In this document: positions 37,865 to 51,354 of the stretch, piece by piece
Numbering within the stretch: position 1 is the stretch's first letter
Layout of the letters: every line of letters begins with the position of its first letter
NCBI GenBank assembly: GCA_004022145.1
Contig: RCNU01000007.1
DNA length: 64,000 bases
Direction: 5' to 3' (one strand)
From: Paecilomyces variotii
Taxonomy: Eukaryota
Position numbers and translations under genes: made by a program
The notes under the pieces: generated by a model
What the model saw: the letters and a program-made list of their open reading frames with translations, nothing else
Told to the model about the DNA's origin: nothing
Databases searched by the model: none

Positions 37865-38314
37865 ATGACCCAGATTCCCAGAGTTCTCAGCCTCTGTCGC
37901 AGACAGGTTGTCATACCATCCAAACAGCTCATCTCTCTACAGGCCCGACACAACTACATTTACAGATCCATGATGACCACGCCGTCCGCGGACCGCTACA
38001 AGCTCATCTTCTTCGTACCCCACCCCTCCCTCGAAGCCTGCAAAGAGGCCGTCTTCGCTACTGGTGCCGGTACATTTCCAGGAGGGAAATATAGCAAAGC
38101 GTGTTTCCAATCTCCCGGGATTGGGCAGTTTCTTCCTGGCGAGGGCGCGAATCCGAACATAGGCGCGGTGGGCACTGTTGAGAGTGTCGAGGAGATGAAG
38201 GTGGAGATACTTTGCGTTGGGAGAAAGACGATGCTTGATGCTGTCCAGGCTTTGTTGAAGGCACATCCGTACGAGGAGCCTGCTTATGAGGTCTATAAAC
38301 TTGAGAACGTCTGA
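37865..38314 (+). CDS. Stand-alone NIF3/YqfO-type (PII-like insert) domain protein with a putative mitochondrial presequence
   Basis: YKLIFFVP, FATGAG, GQFLPGEGANPNIG, EEMKVEILC, AHPYEEPAYEVY. The ~35-aa N-terminus is Arg-rich and acid-free. Confidence 0.8.
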   Translation: MTQIPRVLSLCRRQVVIPSKQLISLQARHNYIYRSMMTTPSADRYKLIFFVPHPSLEACKEAVFATGAGTFPGGKYSKACFQSPGIGQFLPGEGANPNIGAVGTVESVEEMKVEILCVGRKTMLDAVQALLKAHPYEEPAYEVYKLENV

Positions 38315-38895
38315 GGTCATGGATGGCCTGGGGGTTTCGGTCCGTATCGACTGAATAGGGGCCTTTTTTTTTTCATGGGAGGGATCTGAATCCCATCTGC
38401 ATTATTCGACACGAGCGTATTACAGCAGGATTTGAGTGATATGGGATCCCAACGTATCATAATGACGGGATGATGAACGCTGGTGGAAGGGGACTATCTA
38501 TACACGGAGCTCTTTCGATCAGGGGGGGATGTAGTTGCAACAACAATCCTTTTGGCTTCATCGTATAATGTAATGAGACATACGAGATATTGATACTTGA
38601 TTCGTTTTCGTACCATATAATCATAGTTTAGCCATGTAAGTGTAATGTCAGATACGTCTTTCAGATAGATCAGGATCAGAGGAGACTCAGGAGAGGAACT
38701 CTCATAATTATCGACCTGCTTACGTGCAGGCGATCCTGTTGGCTGACGTGAGCGGCAAATCCGCAGGCGCTGATTGGCTGCGCGAGCTACGGCAAAATGC
38801 CTCCATCGACCCCAACTCGGCATCGACATCGCCAACATCGCGAGAGTCGAGACAGTGTGCCCGTCCAGTGCTCTCGCGCCTTCACATCGCCAGTG

Positions 38896-39901
38896 ATGGC
38901 TTCAAAATTGATCCCCTCCTTCCCGCGGGTCGGCCGCCAACTCATCCCCCAGATTTCCAAGCGACAATGCCGCCCCTTCTCGGTTGGATCGCAGCTGCGG
39001 AGCGAGTCTCTGTTCGTGGTACGTTTCCAGACCACCGTTCAATTGTCGCCGACAATGGGCCATAAGTGGTCCGCAGGCGACATGATTCTGTCTCAATTGG
39101 ATGTATCACTCGAATACTAATGATTCACGTCTTCCAGCACCGCAATAGCCCGCAGAACAACCCCTCGATCCCTTTCAAGTTCAACGCTCAGAACCTCGCC
39201 CTCATCGATGAGATTCTCAAGCGCTACCCCCCGCAGTACAAGAAGGCGGCTGTCATGCCCATTCTTGACCTTGGCCAGCGTCAGCACGGCTACACCAGCA
39301 TCAGTGTCATGAACGAAGTGGCGCGGATTCTGGAGATGCCACCCATGCGTGTGTACGAGGTTGCGACTTTCTACACCATGTACAACCGGGAGCCGGTTGG
39401 CAAGTTCTTCGTTCAGGTTTGCACAACGGTACGTGAATCAAATAGTCTCATTAACAGGATCGGCCCTTTCCGCCGAATTACCTCTTGAGCGACCTTTGGC
39501 TGATTTGCAACTCTTGATAGACTCCCTGCCAGCTTGGTGGCTGCGGCAGTGACAAGATCGTCAAGGCCATCACTGAACACCTCGGAATCACTCCTGGTCA
39601 CACCACTGAGGACGGCCTCTTCACCTTTATCGAGGTTGAGTGCCTTGGAGCCTGTGTCAATGCTCCCATGGTCCAGATCAACGACGATTACTATGAGGAT
39701 CTCACGCCCGAGTCCACCAAGTCTCTCCTGACTGCTCTGAAGGAGTCTGCACTTGCTGCTGACAGTGGAAAGGTGGTCAAGGTTCCTGCTCCCGGTCCTC
39801 TGAGCGGAAGACAGTCCTGCGAGAACAGCGCCGGTCTGACCAACCTGCAGACCGTGGAGTGGAACCCGGAGACGATGATGCGGAAGGACGGAGAAATCTA
39901 A
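38896..39901 (+). CDS. nuo-24: NADH:ubiquinone oxidoreductase 24-kDa subunit (NDUFV2/NuoE); exons 38896-39018, 39138-39428, 39521-39901
   Basis: Presequence, [33 protein letters not shown], and 2Fe-2S ligands CTT|TPC and [10 protein letters not shown]. Confidence 0.95.
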
Positions 39902-40620
39902 GCGTTTTTGATTTTTCTTATATCTCATCTGGTGTATCGGAAGTTTTCGTGTCTCTGGAATTTTATATGACCGGTAGCGGAGACAGGAAGACATTGCCGA
40001 ATGTTTATGTACAGTACATCTATGCTGCATGTTCTCTTCGTCGGATAGATGGGACATGGCCGAGAACGGCATAGTGGAGGTCGTTATTATGGAAACCATA
40101 AATTCAATACCAACTTTAAGACTTTTAGCTCTCATTCTACTGTTGTTTAGCCGGTAGTCTCTCTTAACTAGAGTATGGACAATATAGTTAATATACAGGC
40201 TTATGAAATCATGTCCAGACACCCGCCCTTGCTATCTAGTTTAGAGAAGGTTAGATAGTAGTAATATGGTATTCTGGTGCCCATCAGATGGGAACTTGAA
40301 TTTCGGTTTACTAGACCTTGAGAAATTACTAGTTCATGCGCTATGTACTGTAGTCCACTGGTGCCCGGTGTGATTAATATAGCTCATAGCAATCCCAGAG
40401 TTGACCATGCGAGATATCTTCATGAGTCCTAAGTTACTCTACTAATATGGCATTCTGGCACTCACCAGTCCGCTATTCTAGACACATCTCCTGGTACTCG
40501 AGTGACACGGAAGTGGTTGCTGGCGTGATATTATCAGTTCGGGATTAGAAATTTCAATATAATTCTGGTATTATTCACATCAAAAAAGAAACAATTTGCA
40601 ATTTATCTCCCTCCCTCAGC

Positions 40621-43600
40621 CTAAACAACGCCTTCTCCAAGAGAAAGCCCTTCCCAACCACGGACGTCCGACCCCTGGATCTCTTCCTCCGGCACCAGGA
40701 CGAACTCCTCCCCCCGCTTCACAACGACTCTTCCGCGTCTCTGTTGCAGGATATTGACATCGATGGTCGCCCCGGCCAGGAAATGGTAGATATGGACATG
40801 CTTTTTCTGTCCATACCGGCGGGAGCGACCAATGGCCTGCGTCATTGTCGCCTCATAGTCGTATTGGCTGCTTGCAAGCAGCGGGGAAAGGAAGACCACA
40901 TGGTTCGCGCATTGGATGTTCCTGAGTAGAGGAGGAAAGTCAGTTAAAGGGGTCTCAAGCAGTCAAAAGCAGCTCATTCCTGGTTCACTGATGGTTCACT
41001 TACAACCCGGCCGCGTTCTCTCCTCCTATGTTCAAGACGAGGACCTTGGCCTTGTTCGCCTGGAAATCCAGGACCTTTTGCGCGGCGCTTCGATCAGCAT
41101 GTCCTATTACCAGACAGGAGATCGAGGCGCGCTGCAGTGCCTGGGCTGCGGCTTCCTGGACTCCGGGAAATTGCGCAAACACGATGACTTGATCATCGTG
41201 TGGTACCCGGGAGGGATCCTGGAGTAGTTGAACGAGGGCATCGAGCTTGGATCCACCATACGATGGTCCTACTGAGGCGTCGTTGCCTTCAACCAGCATG
41301 GGCGCTCTAATCACCCGGTACTCCGGTGCGGCTCCTCTGCAGCCATTGACGGCGCATTCCTCTTTCATGACGACTGCTTTTACACAGTCGTCACACACGA
41401 TATGACCGCAATGGCCGAGAACATGGACTTGGGTGCGGTCCGCTGTCTCACGGCCACAAACAGAGCAAGAAAGGAGCTGGCGATCACTTTGCAGCATCCG
41501 TAGAGAAGCCAGGAACCTCAGTGCTCTCTGTCGAAAAACCCATTCCCGCGTGAGGCTTCGAAGAGTCATCGCGACCTCACGTAACGCAGGGGCGAGGTCA
41601 TCGTGCCCTGGTTTTTTCGGCCATGACTGGTCTTTTCGCAGAGGTTGTGTTGTTGTGGCGGGAGCAGCGTCTACCTCAAGTTTTACCCTCTTGGTAGAGC
41701 GTTGGGATTTCGTATCAGGATCTTGTGTTACTTGGACGGCAGATCCAGAACCATCAGCACCTTCCGCAATGTCGTCTTCCTCCTCTGGTTGGCCGCATTC
41801 AGCATTCTCCGTGGCAGGCTTGCCGGCGCTTTTCATTTGCGCAAGTTCTTCATCACTGATGAAGAAATTGTTCCAGTCTTCTGCTTTACATTGCCTCATT
41901 GCTGCATCTATTAGAGGCTGCAGCTGCGAGGTGACATCTGTGTCCCCAAAGTTATGTCCAGAGACATTGTTAACAAAGTCATCCAGATGCCTATGAGGCT
42001 CGCCTAACTCTTGAAAGAGCCATATGGCCAATTTGAGCTTCGATCTCACATCATTGATTAGCTCGTTGAGCTGCTCTGTTCTAGTGACGATGAGATGGTC
42101 ACAAGTCACAGGAGTCTGCAGCAATCCGCCTGAGCCAGTATCCAGAAGGAATGGGCAGCAGCGTTTCAACAATGCTTCTTGAGCGGACTTGCTTGAGCCT
42201 ATGAGCTCATTGATCCTTGCAACCTGGTCGTTATTGAATCTACCGCCGCCATTTCTCCTCAACTGCAGATCTTGGCTCATTAGTTGCATATAGAGTTCAA
42301 GATAGATGACGGTTTCTGCGGCAGACAGTTTAACGACACAAAAGTGCTCCGTCCACGGGATTTCGTCTATCTCAGCGATGTTCTGTTCCGCGTTAGTCAT
42401 TAAACAGCCGGTGTGGGCAGTGTTTTCTTCTTACCTGACGCATGAAGCAGTCGAGAAACCTTTGCGCAACTTCGTGTCTGCGGTCATGCCAGGCCTGGCT
42501 ATGGGGGGTTTTGAAGGAAAGGAATTGCTCGGCATCTTTATGTCGTTTAGTACATGATATTTGCAAGGGAAGGCCTCACTTACCAGATCGCTCGGATCTC
42601 GCAGCTGCGAGGCGCGCATGCTGCGAATTAGAGGGATCTTCCTCATCAATTCCAAGACCAAGCCCCAGGAATTGTGCAATCGATTTCACATCGGAGAACC
42701 CGTTTAATGGTGGAGTCCCTGACAGAACCCATTTGGAACGAGCTTTCAAAGTCAGAAGCGTTGCGATCCTTCTCTCGTTCACATATGTGAATTCGTCTAT
42801 CACAATGCGATTGAACTCGAACATATGAACGAGCACATTCCTGAGTGTCGTCCAGTCCTGGTTAGAGGTTTTGATACCGAAGTCGCTGGCGTCGTCCCAA
42901 AGCTTTTCTTCTTCCTTTTTCTGCGGCAGTTTGCCCTTCTGAACAGCACTCATCTTTCGTTTGTTCCCAGATGCAGGGCCGTCAGCTTCTGGATCCTGAC
43001 CCGAGTTCATCTCCACTTGCTGTTTCTCTTCTTGAGCCTTGGCAAACTGCTTTCCCTTGAGCCGCTTTGACGGCACGTAAGTGTAGTAGGCATTTGCTTC
43101 CTTGAGATCTTTACGTTTCTCCGAAATGGTATGGAGTAGTTTCCGAGGGCCTTCCTCTCGCAAGATGTTAACGTTGTTCGCAATACTTTCAAGGGTCTCA
43201 TTGAACCACTGATCGAAGATGCGTCCATCCCTCAAAGGGACAGATGGAGCCGCAGCAAATTGTTCGACGCGGTTATAATAAGCAGCACCATTGAACACAC
43301 TCCATGACAGAAGAATGATATCTGCCTCTTGAAAGTTCGCGATGGACTTGCTTTTCAGGGATGCTGCCGTGGATATGACGAGAAGTTTGTATGTATTTCC
43401 CAGAAACTTGCGAATTTCAGCCTGCCATTGCTTCACCATTATCTGCGGCACAATTATCAAAGTTGCTTTGAGTGGGATTGATCCATCCGCAAGTCCTGCA
43501 TCCTTGATCAATCGTCGCTTATCTATCTGGGATTGTGTGTCGATCAGTCCGAGGGTCACTGCAGTTTTCCCGTACCCAACTTCATCAGCCAGGATTCCCC

Positions 43601-46600
43601 CGCGAACTACCTTCTCGACCGTTGCTTTGCCCTCAGCGCGCCACATCATAGAAGGGAGAAGAGCTTCCTCAACTTCCTCTTCCTGGAATGGCTGAGCGTT
43701 GTCGTCCTCTTGAGAGATCATCCACTGCAGGGAACGCAACTGTTCGGGACGGAGTTTCATATTCCGGAAGTTTGGTGGCTGAGAGCAGGATGTTGTATCT
43801 TTATTGCTCATCAGAAGGAATCCTCTGGATCCAATCTCTTTGATATCCGGAGCGTTTGGAACGAGACGCCAGCTAAGCCCAACCTCCTGGCAGATTCTGG
43901 GACCCACGAGGTTATCGTAGGCTTGGTGCAACAGGGTACTTATGTTCACGGCGAGTTTGAGATGCACAATGTTCTCTTCGTCCACCATGCTGAAAGCCAC
44001 AAAAGCCGATGGGCGTGACTTGATGTTTCTTTCATATGTGGCAGCTTCGAAAGGGTCCTCATAAGGCACGATAGTTTCGCGACGACCAAGACCCCATATT
44101 GTTCGTGGCTTTTTGGGGGCGCACACGGAGCATATCGTTTCTCCCGGATCAGAAATGTATGCAGAAACTAGGTTCCAATCTTCAAAATCAGATATGTCTG
44201 ATGATTTCTGTATCAACCACGCGAAGTCACTAAGGAATCCTGCCGACTCCATCAGATTAGTAGATTGCCACGACCCGGGCTTCCAAGACGACGGTATTTC
44301 CGACACGGGAACTGCGAACTCCATGAGAACGACGTTAGAATTGTGGCACTCAACATCACCAATAGTCAGAGTATTCATGGTAGAGAGAGTGCGGTACGTT
44401 ATTTCCGAGTCATTGAACGTATCAAGTCTCATTGTGTCGCACTTGGTCCACTTTCTGTAGAAGAGATCCACCTCAGATTTCTCCTCGTTAACGTCTGCTG
44501 ATCGCCATTTATGACTGAGCTCCCCCAAGATAGAACGGCGGGCATTTCCAATGAGACGCTCATGCGAGAACGAAAAGACGAACGGGTCCAATTGGGGGTC
44601 GGCACGTTTTGTCGGATCCAGAAAGAGATAAACAGGAGGACTGTTCTGCGAAGCCAATCTCCTATGCAAAGAAGCACAAGCTGTACCGCAATCAGGAAGC
44701 AGCTCATATGTGCCACGGACATCTATTTCCAAGTCTTTGATAGCCTCATCCGATCCAGAGACAAGAAGGTTATTCCAGACCTTTGCGTCAAAAAAGTGAC
44801 CATCTTGGAGTCCAACTTTCGACTCGTATGCAGCAATCTGAGATCCAGTGCCGCAGATTTCCAAAGTGGTCTTAGAGCTGACAGGAGCACATATCTCCCA
44901 CTGTCCTTCAAGAAGTGAACCAGACTTTGCGCTCATTCTGGCAATGGGCTTTCCAAAAATCTCGCGGTTTATCGACGTGGCTGGCTCGTCCACTGAGGGT
45001 TTTACGTACAGAAGCCACTCAACCTTGTCATCATGAATCTCTAAGCACAGTCTGGAAGAGGGGCCATCATATAGCACGGTCCAGTTTCTAGCCCGTTTGA
45101 TAGACAAGAAACGGAGCTCGTCTCCAAATGCGCGACACACGGATTCCAAAAATCCATCCCATATGTTGTGCGGGCAATCCAAGTCCCTCTTGAGGTCGTG
45201 GTAGTCGTGATCTGAGATTCCAGAGAGTATCAAACGCATTGGGATTATTTGCTTAAGTTTTGTCAAAAACTCCACAGGGTCTTTTCGGTTTTCCAAAGTC
45301 CAATTCGGGAGAGCATGGTAATCATGGGCTGGGTTTCCTGAACAGACTGTACAGGCAGTGTGTCCGCAGAGTGAACATTGAAGAATACCCTTGCGTTTGA
45401 TAGTGGCTTGACCTTCGCAACGACACAGCTGCGAGCTCCTTTTCGCCTCGTCGAGTATTTCAGTTATTTCAATCTCGGTACTTTCGGTAAGTCGTAGAGA
45501 TCGTTCGATCATCTCATAACTATCGTTTGGGAAGATCGTCATGCTATCTTCGTTGTCATCTTCTGGATCTGCGAAGCTACCGTTCTCGAGAACCTTGTAT
45601 CCGCAAATCAAGGCTGATAAGATAGCTGTCCCAACTACAGTTGAAGTCATCGCGTTCCCTGCCAAATCTTGCAAGTCTCTTTGGGACTCCCTGGTCAGAA
45701 TCAGTCGGTCAAGAGGTAAACCTTGCAAAGAGAGTGATTCCAGTCCGCAGAGTGGACCGCCTCTCGTTGTGATGTATGGAATGCCGCTGGGAGTGATACA
45801 TCCCACGATCCCGAACTGGCGAGTATCGATTTCACGGTCTATGCCTTGGGACAGTTCGAGGAAACGTCTATCTGGACGTTAGTCTAACACTTATTGCGAG
45901 CTTAAGGACAACTACTTACTCTTTGTAGTTAATATCGTACCTATTGGTACGAAGCGTGCGCAAGAAATTCATGTCCAGAGTGTCCCAGATACGCTCGGGT
46001 TGTACTCGTGACCAGTCCTGCCAGACAAAGTCAGGCATGTTACAAGAACCGTGGTCCTGGAACTTGGACAGAGGCCGCTTGTATCCAAGTTTGTTGTTCA
46101 AACGGTAGCTCTGATGACGAGCTTGGTACTTGGACCAGTTGGCAGTGCGAGATCTGCTGCTGGCGCTTTTCTCAGCCATGTCCTTCTGAATACGTTCAAG
46201 TCTGGGATCATCGTCGTCAAGAATAAACGCAGATGCAGGAGAGCTTGCGCGACGTTCGAACTGCGCAAATATTTGCGCCCACTCGGCAATAGCATCATTT
46301 GCGATCTGGTCACATCCCTCGCGCTGTCGGTCAATACAAATCATGTATCCTCGTTCGCGAGTCTGTGGGATATAATAATCTTTAGTGTCAACTATCGTGA
46401 AGGCGGCAGCATAACCGATCTTCTGCCAGTCTTCGGCGGCCTGCGCCCATGGGGCACCTTTCACATTTTCGAGAATGACCAAGGGTGGCCGGTAGACTTT
46501 GGCATAGTTCAGGATTCCATAGAAGGTAGAGCCTGACTCCCCCTTATCTTCTAGGGACTTCTTCTGATTATTCAGGTTTGAGAAGTCGACACATGAAGCG

Positions 46601-47376
46601 CCCGCTATGAGGATATCGGGGTTCTTGGGGATCGGTTGTAAGGCTCCGTATGCCGTGACACTAGACTGTTAGTCAACGTATGTTTGATTAGGAAGGTATG
46701 TCTTATACACTTACGCTTCTGATCCTTGCATCTGGGTAACGTCTCTAAAAATCAGGGGCGGATGGAAGTTCGTCTCGATGTATGCTTGTTTCAGAACAAC
46801 TATTTCCGCACTGAATAGGTGGTCGAATTTGAAGTCGATACCGAAAATGTTTTTCAGACCTGGATAGATCAGTCAATACCATTCTTGCGGAGATCCTTGA
46901 GTTATGAAAAGATAATACATACTCTTCCCGACCATCTCCAAGGCAAGTAGAGGGCTTTCAGTGCCGGAACACATAGTCACGACCCTCAGCTTCCTCGAAC
47001 CCATATAGGTCAGGAAGTCTACCAATCCAAGCTGTATGGCACGTCTAGTGATATCATCAAAGATATCCTTCAGGTTGTGAATAGGGGGTAAAGTCGGGTC
47101 AAGACCACTCTGGGAGATATCCATGGGAATCCTCGACCTCAGGATCTCCGGTATGTCACCTTCATAATCTTGCAGGGAATCAGAGACAGTGATCTTCTTT
47201 TGACGCGTCGAACGTGCCAATACTGGAACAGTATATTCCTTTCCTGATTTCCCTGCAGAAGACATTTCAGGACCATTATTGTCATTATCCTGACTGGTCT
47301 CTGAGGTTGGAGGCGCCTTGTTGCCAGACTCAGCAGGACGCCTCGACGCAGAACGCGTCTTTCTCGGCGGCACCAT
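40621..47376 (-). CDS. dmt5: DNMT5: C5-cytosine DNA methyltransferase fused to SNF2 ATPase, RING finger and helicase-C, ~2134 aa; exons 47376-46923, 46859-46715, 46660-45920, 45867-42584, 42535-42435, 42382-41004, 40921-40621
   Basis: MTase motifs: LRVVTMCSGTESPL (I), FSAEI (II), DILIAGASCVDFS (IV), VILENV (VI), PQTRERGY (VIII), QDLAGNAM (X). SNF2 motifs: GILADEVGYGKT, IVIDEF, LSGTP. RING: CSVC..CGHIVCDDC..CAVNGC. C-terminal QAIGRSRRYGQ. Exon lengths sum to 6405 nt, in frame. Confidence 0.9.
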
Positions 47377-48924
47377 GTCTGAGATGATTCTTGAAGATAT
47401 TATCCAGATATCAAGCTTCCGTATCTCCAGGTACTGCCTTTATGGCTTTCCTGAGGAGTAATAGTGAGTATTTTGATAGAAAGAAGTATAGGGCACGTCC
47501 GATCACGTGGAGGTGAATGAGAGGAGGGGGTTAGGACGTGAAGGATCTTAAGTTTGATGAGGTTTGTGACAGTTTAGAAGTGGGCACGCGAAAGATTGGC
47601 CTCACTTGCGCGCAAGTTTTCACAACATTTCCTTTGTTGACAGCACATGTCCCCTTTGGGGCTAGAGTCGTGAAAGCCCAAGCCTGGCTGCACGAAGATG
47701 GGATGGGCGAGCTGTACCATGATTTGTACCCTGTTCAGGAATACATCCTATGGGAATTGCATAATGCTTTATGTACGGGGGGAGATATTACTAGTCATAT
47801 TGTACAGAAAAGCTTGAATTCCTATATCTCTGGGAGAGAAAGGTTCTATATTGATGGTTTGAATGGAGCAAGGAATCTATGTATTTTGATCCTTATTCCG
47901 ATATTTTCTCTTGAATCACAGCACCTAGAAAGGTAGGTACTTACCACAGTATTGCCACAGCAAAGTTCTAAGAACGATTTTCCTTGACACCTCAGATCGC
48001 GAATGGGTATTGAGTCTGTTCTTCCACAAAGCTCTCGTCCGCGGTTTGAGCATTCAGTCAAAGTAGATTCTAGTGTCTCTGTTTCTATGTATATATTCCG
48101 CTACCATGTTGAATGTGTAGCCCTGATTCCCTGTCCATGCATAGGTAAGACCGGAAGAACGAAAAGGGTCCAAAAGCTCAACGCAGTGATACGGGTTTTG
48201 CTCTAATATGGACTGTTAGTTTGATACCCTGAATACGGATCATTACCACCTATAACATAGGGCCGTTAAACAGAACGGAGATATTCAATGAGGTCCGGTC
48301 AAGGAGTTCTTCGACATCCTATGGCGAGGAGACATAATTAACAGTGGGGGCCTGTATATATTAGCAGGAAACACTCCGTAAGGAAGTCTCGAGCAGTCCC
48401 GACCTTGCTATCCATAATGGATCTATGACGCTAGAATAGTATTCATCTGAAGTGTCTTAATGGGAAATTGAATATATAGTTCCCGGGTCGTCAATACAAA
48501 GTTTTGCCAAGAATTGCGAGATTCTGCTAAGTAACCCTCATGGGTGAACTGCTTAGTTACAACTTACGAGGGAGCATTTACGAGGTCTCAAATAGCAGTC
48601 AAGAAGCCTTCATCCGCTCATAATATGTTTTTTTATTCCTGGCACTATTTCTACCAGAGAATAAATTATGTCCTAGATACACAATACGCAAAGAAATACC
48701 TGGCAGTTCAAGCAGATGAGGCATATCGCAACCACCATTCAAAACGAGATCGATCATACCGTAGCTGCAGACGCTCTGGACCATTTCACACCAAATAGTG
48801 CATGCAACCTTGTGACAAACCTTCCAGTTTACGCCATCCATTCCCAGTTAAAATTACCGCCGTTTCTGCGAGAGATAAGAAGAGACAGAGACATCGCGTA
48901 AGCGTTAGGAGATATCGAAACGCA

Positions 48925-49862
48925 TTACCTGCCTGCGCCTTGCATCAACTGTTGGCGCAGAAGCATGATCTGACTCCGCTCCACTGGAGGCAGTGCATCT
49001 ATGGCAGCCTGAGGCATGCTCAGGACCTGCTGCAACAGTTCGTCTTGGCCGGGAACCTGTTGCTGCGCAGGCATTGGCTGTTGTGCCTGCGGAGGTGCAA
49101 AAGGAGCGTTATGGACTGGTGGTGTCGATATTTGGCCTGGGACAGATGCGTAAGGCTGATAGGGCTGAGCAGCTGCAGCAGCAGCAGGCTGTGCTGCTTG
49201 TTCAACAACGGATCCTAGCGTGCTGTAGTCGACTAGGTTCATAAGAAGTAATGCTTGGAATATGGCATAGGCAAGCTGAGGGGCTTGTCGAAGGAGCTCT
49301 GTAGCTCGCGCAGGATCTGCGACTGCCAAAGATTTCATCTGAGAGAGCACATCGAGTAGTTGAGGAGGAGAGAGTGACGAAAGAGTCTGAGAAATCGCAT
49401 TTGGACAATCCAGGTGTGGTGGTACGTCGACGCCAGGAGGGAGAGGAGGCAAAGACGTTGATTGTTGCTGGTATCCTGACTGGCTATCAGGAGCCTGTCC
49501 GGCCATCTGGGATTGCTGAGAGTAGTCGGGAGGAATCGAATCCTTCTCGTTATTGTGTGGCCAATCAACCCGGATCTTCCTTCCCATGATCTCGTAGTCG
49601 TTCAGATTTCGAACAGCAGAAGCAGCAGCATCTGCATCTGCGAAGTCGGCGAACCCATAACCCTTCGGCTTGCCTGTCTCAGGATTCATCATGAGGCGGA
49701 ATTTCGTCACCGTTCCAGCGGAACTGAGGATGTCTTTCACCTGCTCTTCAGTGAGGTCTTTGTATGGTCAGTATGTTCACTGTCTACGATAAGGTCAGGC
49801 AAGCACATACTGTAGGGTATATTCCCCAAGAAGACACTTTTTCCTTGTCTTTCTGGCGCCAT
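48925..49862 (-). CDS. rna15: Polyadenylation factor Rna15/CstF-64; exons 49862-49811, 49757-48925
   Basis: RRM with SVFLGNIPY (RNP2) and KGYGFADF (RNP1), hinge APQLAYAIFQALLLM, C-terminal IDALPPVERSQIMLLRQQ. Confidence 0.92.
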
Positions 49863-50226
49863 ATTTGCGACTGAGCGGGCGCTTTAGCAAGCCCTGCGTT
49901 GGGTGAAACACGCGTAGTCGACGTCTCAAGCAAAAACTGGGAAACAAAGGATCTGATAGACGCTAAACGGAAGCAGCAAGCCTAAGACAGGGACAACCGA
50001 TCTTCCTCTCCTTTGGGGCTCCCAGCAAGCTGCACAAGATTGTTGCAATGCTTCCTCACGATTCAGGAAGAGCTCCGCGGGCGAAGCTCCAGGCGTGTCC
50101 CCATCCGTACTAGGGCGATCGCCCAAACTTTTGACCTTCCGCCGAGCTCCTCCACCCGCCAGGCCCATCTCCAGACGAACCGAAGGCGCTGTCGCGACCT
50201 TACGCATTTCTTCCACGAACAACATC

Positions 50227-51354
50227 ATGTCTGGCTCACCGCGGGATCAATGGGAGCGACTCCAGCTCATGCTGCAGAACCGCGGCAACCGGGGTGGCTT
50301 CGGTGGCTTTGGGGGCTTCCCAAGCGGAGGTGGTAGAGGCGCATTTGGCGGCCTTGGAGCAGTTGTCCTGATCGTGGCAGGAGGATATGCGCTATCGAAT
50401 TCTATCTTCAACGGTGAGGCAGCCTCGTGTTCCATATATCTCCTATGGCTTTTTCGCTGATGCATCATGGTGCAGTCGATGGTGGTCACCGGGCCATCAA
50501 GTACACTAGAATAGGTGGAGTGAAGAAGGAAATCTACAATGAAGGTAAGCAGGCCTACTCACGAATGCCAGGACTTTGTATCTAAGCTGACTTTTTCATC
50601 CAGGAACTCATTTCAAGATTCCTTGGTTCGAGACTCCCATCGACTACGATGTCCGCGCAAAGCCTCGCAACGTTGCATCCCTCACTGGAACCAAGGACCT
50701 CCAGATGGTTAATATCACCTGCCGTGTCCTGTCGAGACCACGAATCGAAGCCCTTCCTCAGATTTACCGAACCCTCGGACAGGATTATGATGAAAGAGTC
50801 CTCCCGTCCATCGTTAACGAGGTGCTGAAGAGCGTTGTCGCTCAATTCAACGCCAGTCAGCTGATCACTCAGCGTGAGAATGTTGCCAGACTCGTTCGCG
50901 ACAACCTTGCCAGAAGAGCTGCTCGCTTCAACATTACTCTGGATGATGTCTCCCTTACGGTAAGTTATGACGCTGGGCACCCTTTTGTGCCGTTGAGATC
51001 ATCCGCTAATATATCTTCCTTTTCCAGCACCTTGCCTTCTCCCCCGAGTTTACGGCTGCTGTTGAAGCCAAGCAGGTCGCCCAGCAAGAGGCCCAGAGAG
51101 CTGCTTTCATTGTCGACAAGGCCCGCCAAGAGAAGCAGGCTACTATCGTCCGCGCACAGGGTGAGGCTCGCTCTGCAGAGCTGATCGGAGATGCGATCAA
51201 GAAGAGCAAGAGTTACATTGAGCTCCGACAGATCGAGAACGCAAGGAACATTGCTCAGATCCTCCAGGAAGCCGGTGGCAAGAACAAGCTCTACTTGGAT
51301 TCCCAGGGTCTGGGTCTGAACCTGAACGCCGAGGGCAACGGTGAGAAGAAATAA
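50227..51354 (+). CDS. phb2: Prohibitin-2; exons 50227-50413, 50476-50544, 50604-50959, 51028-51354
   Basis: [57 protein letters not shown]. Confidence 0.93.

Noticed and set aside
42431-42679. ORF-track frame MHNSWG...STASCVR within the DNMT5 region
   Set aside because: Wrong frame; the acceptor before 42535 gives DAEQFLSFKTPHSQAWHDRRHEVAQRFLDCFMRQ and keeps the DNMT5 model in frame.
47538-48206. Short ORFs upstream of DNMT5, checked as a missing chromodomain exon or partner gene
   Set aside because: Mostly non-ATG starts or the opposite strand, no chromodomain aromatic-cage pattern, no convincing splice path.
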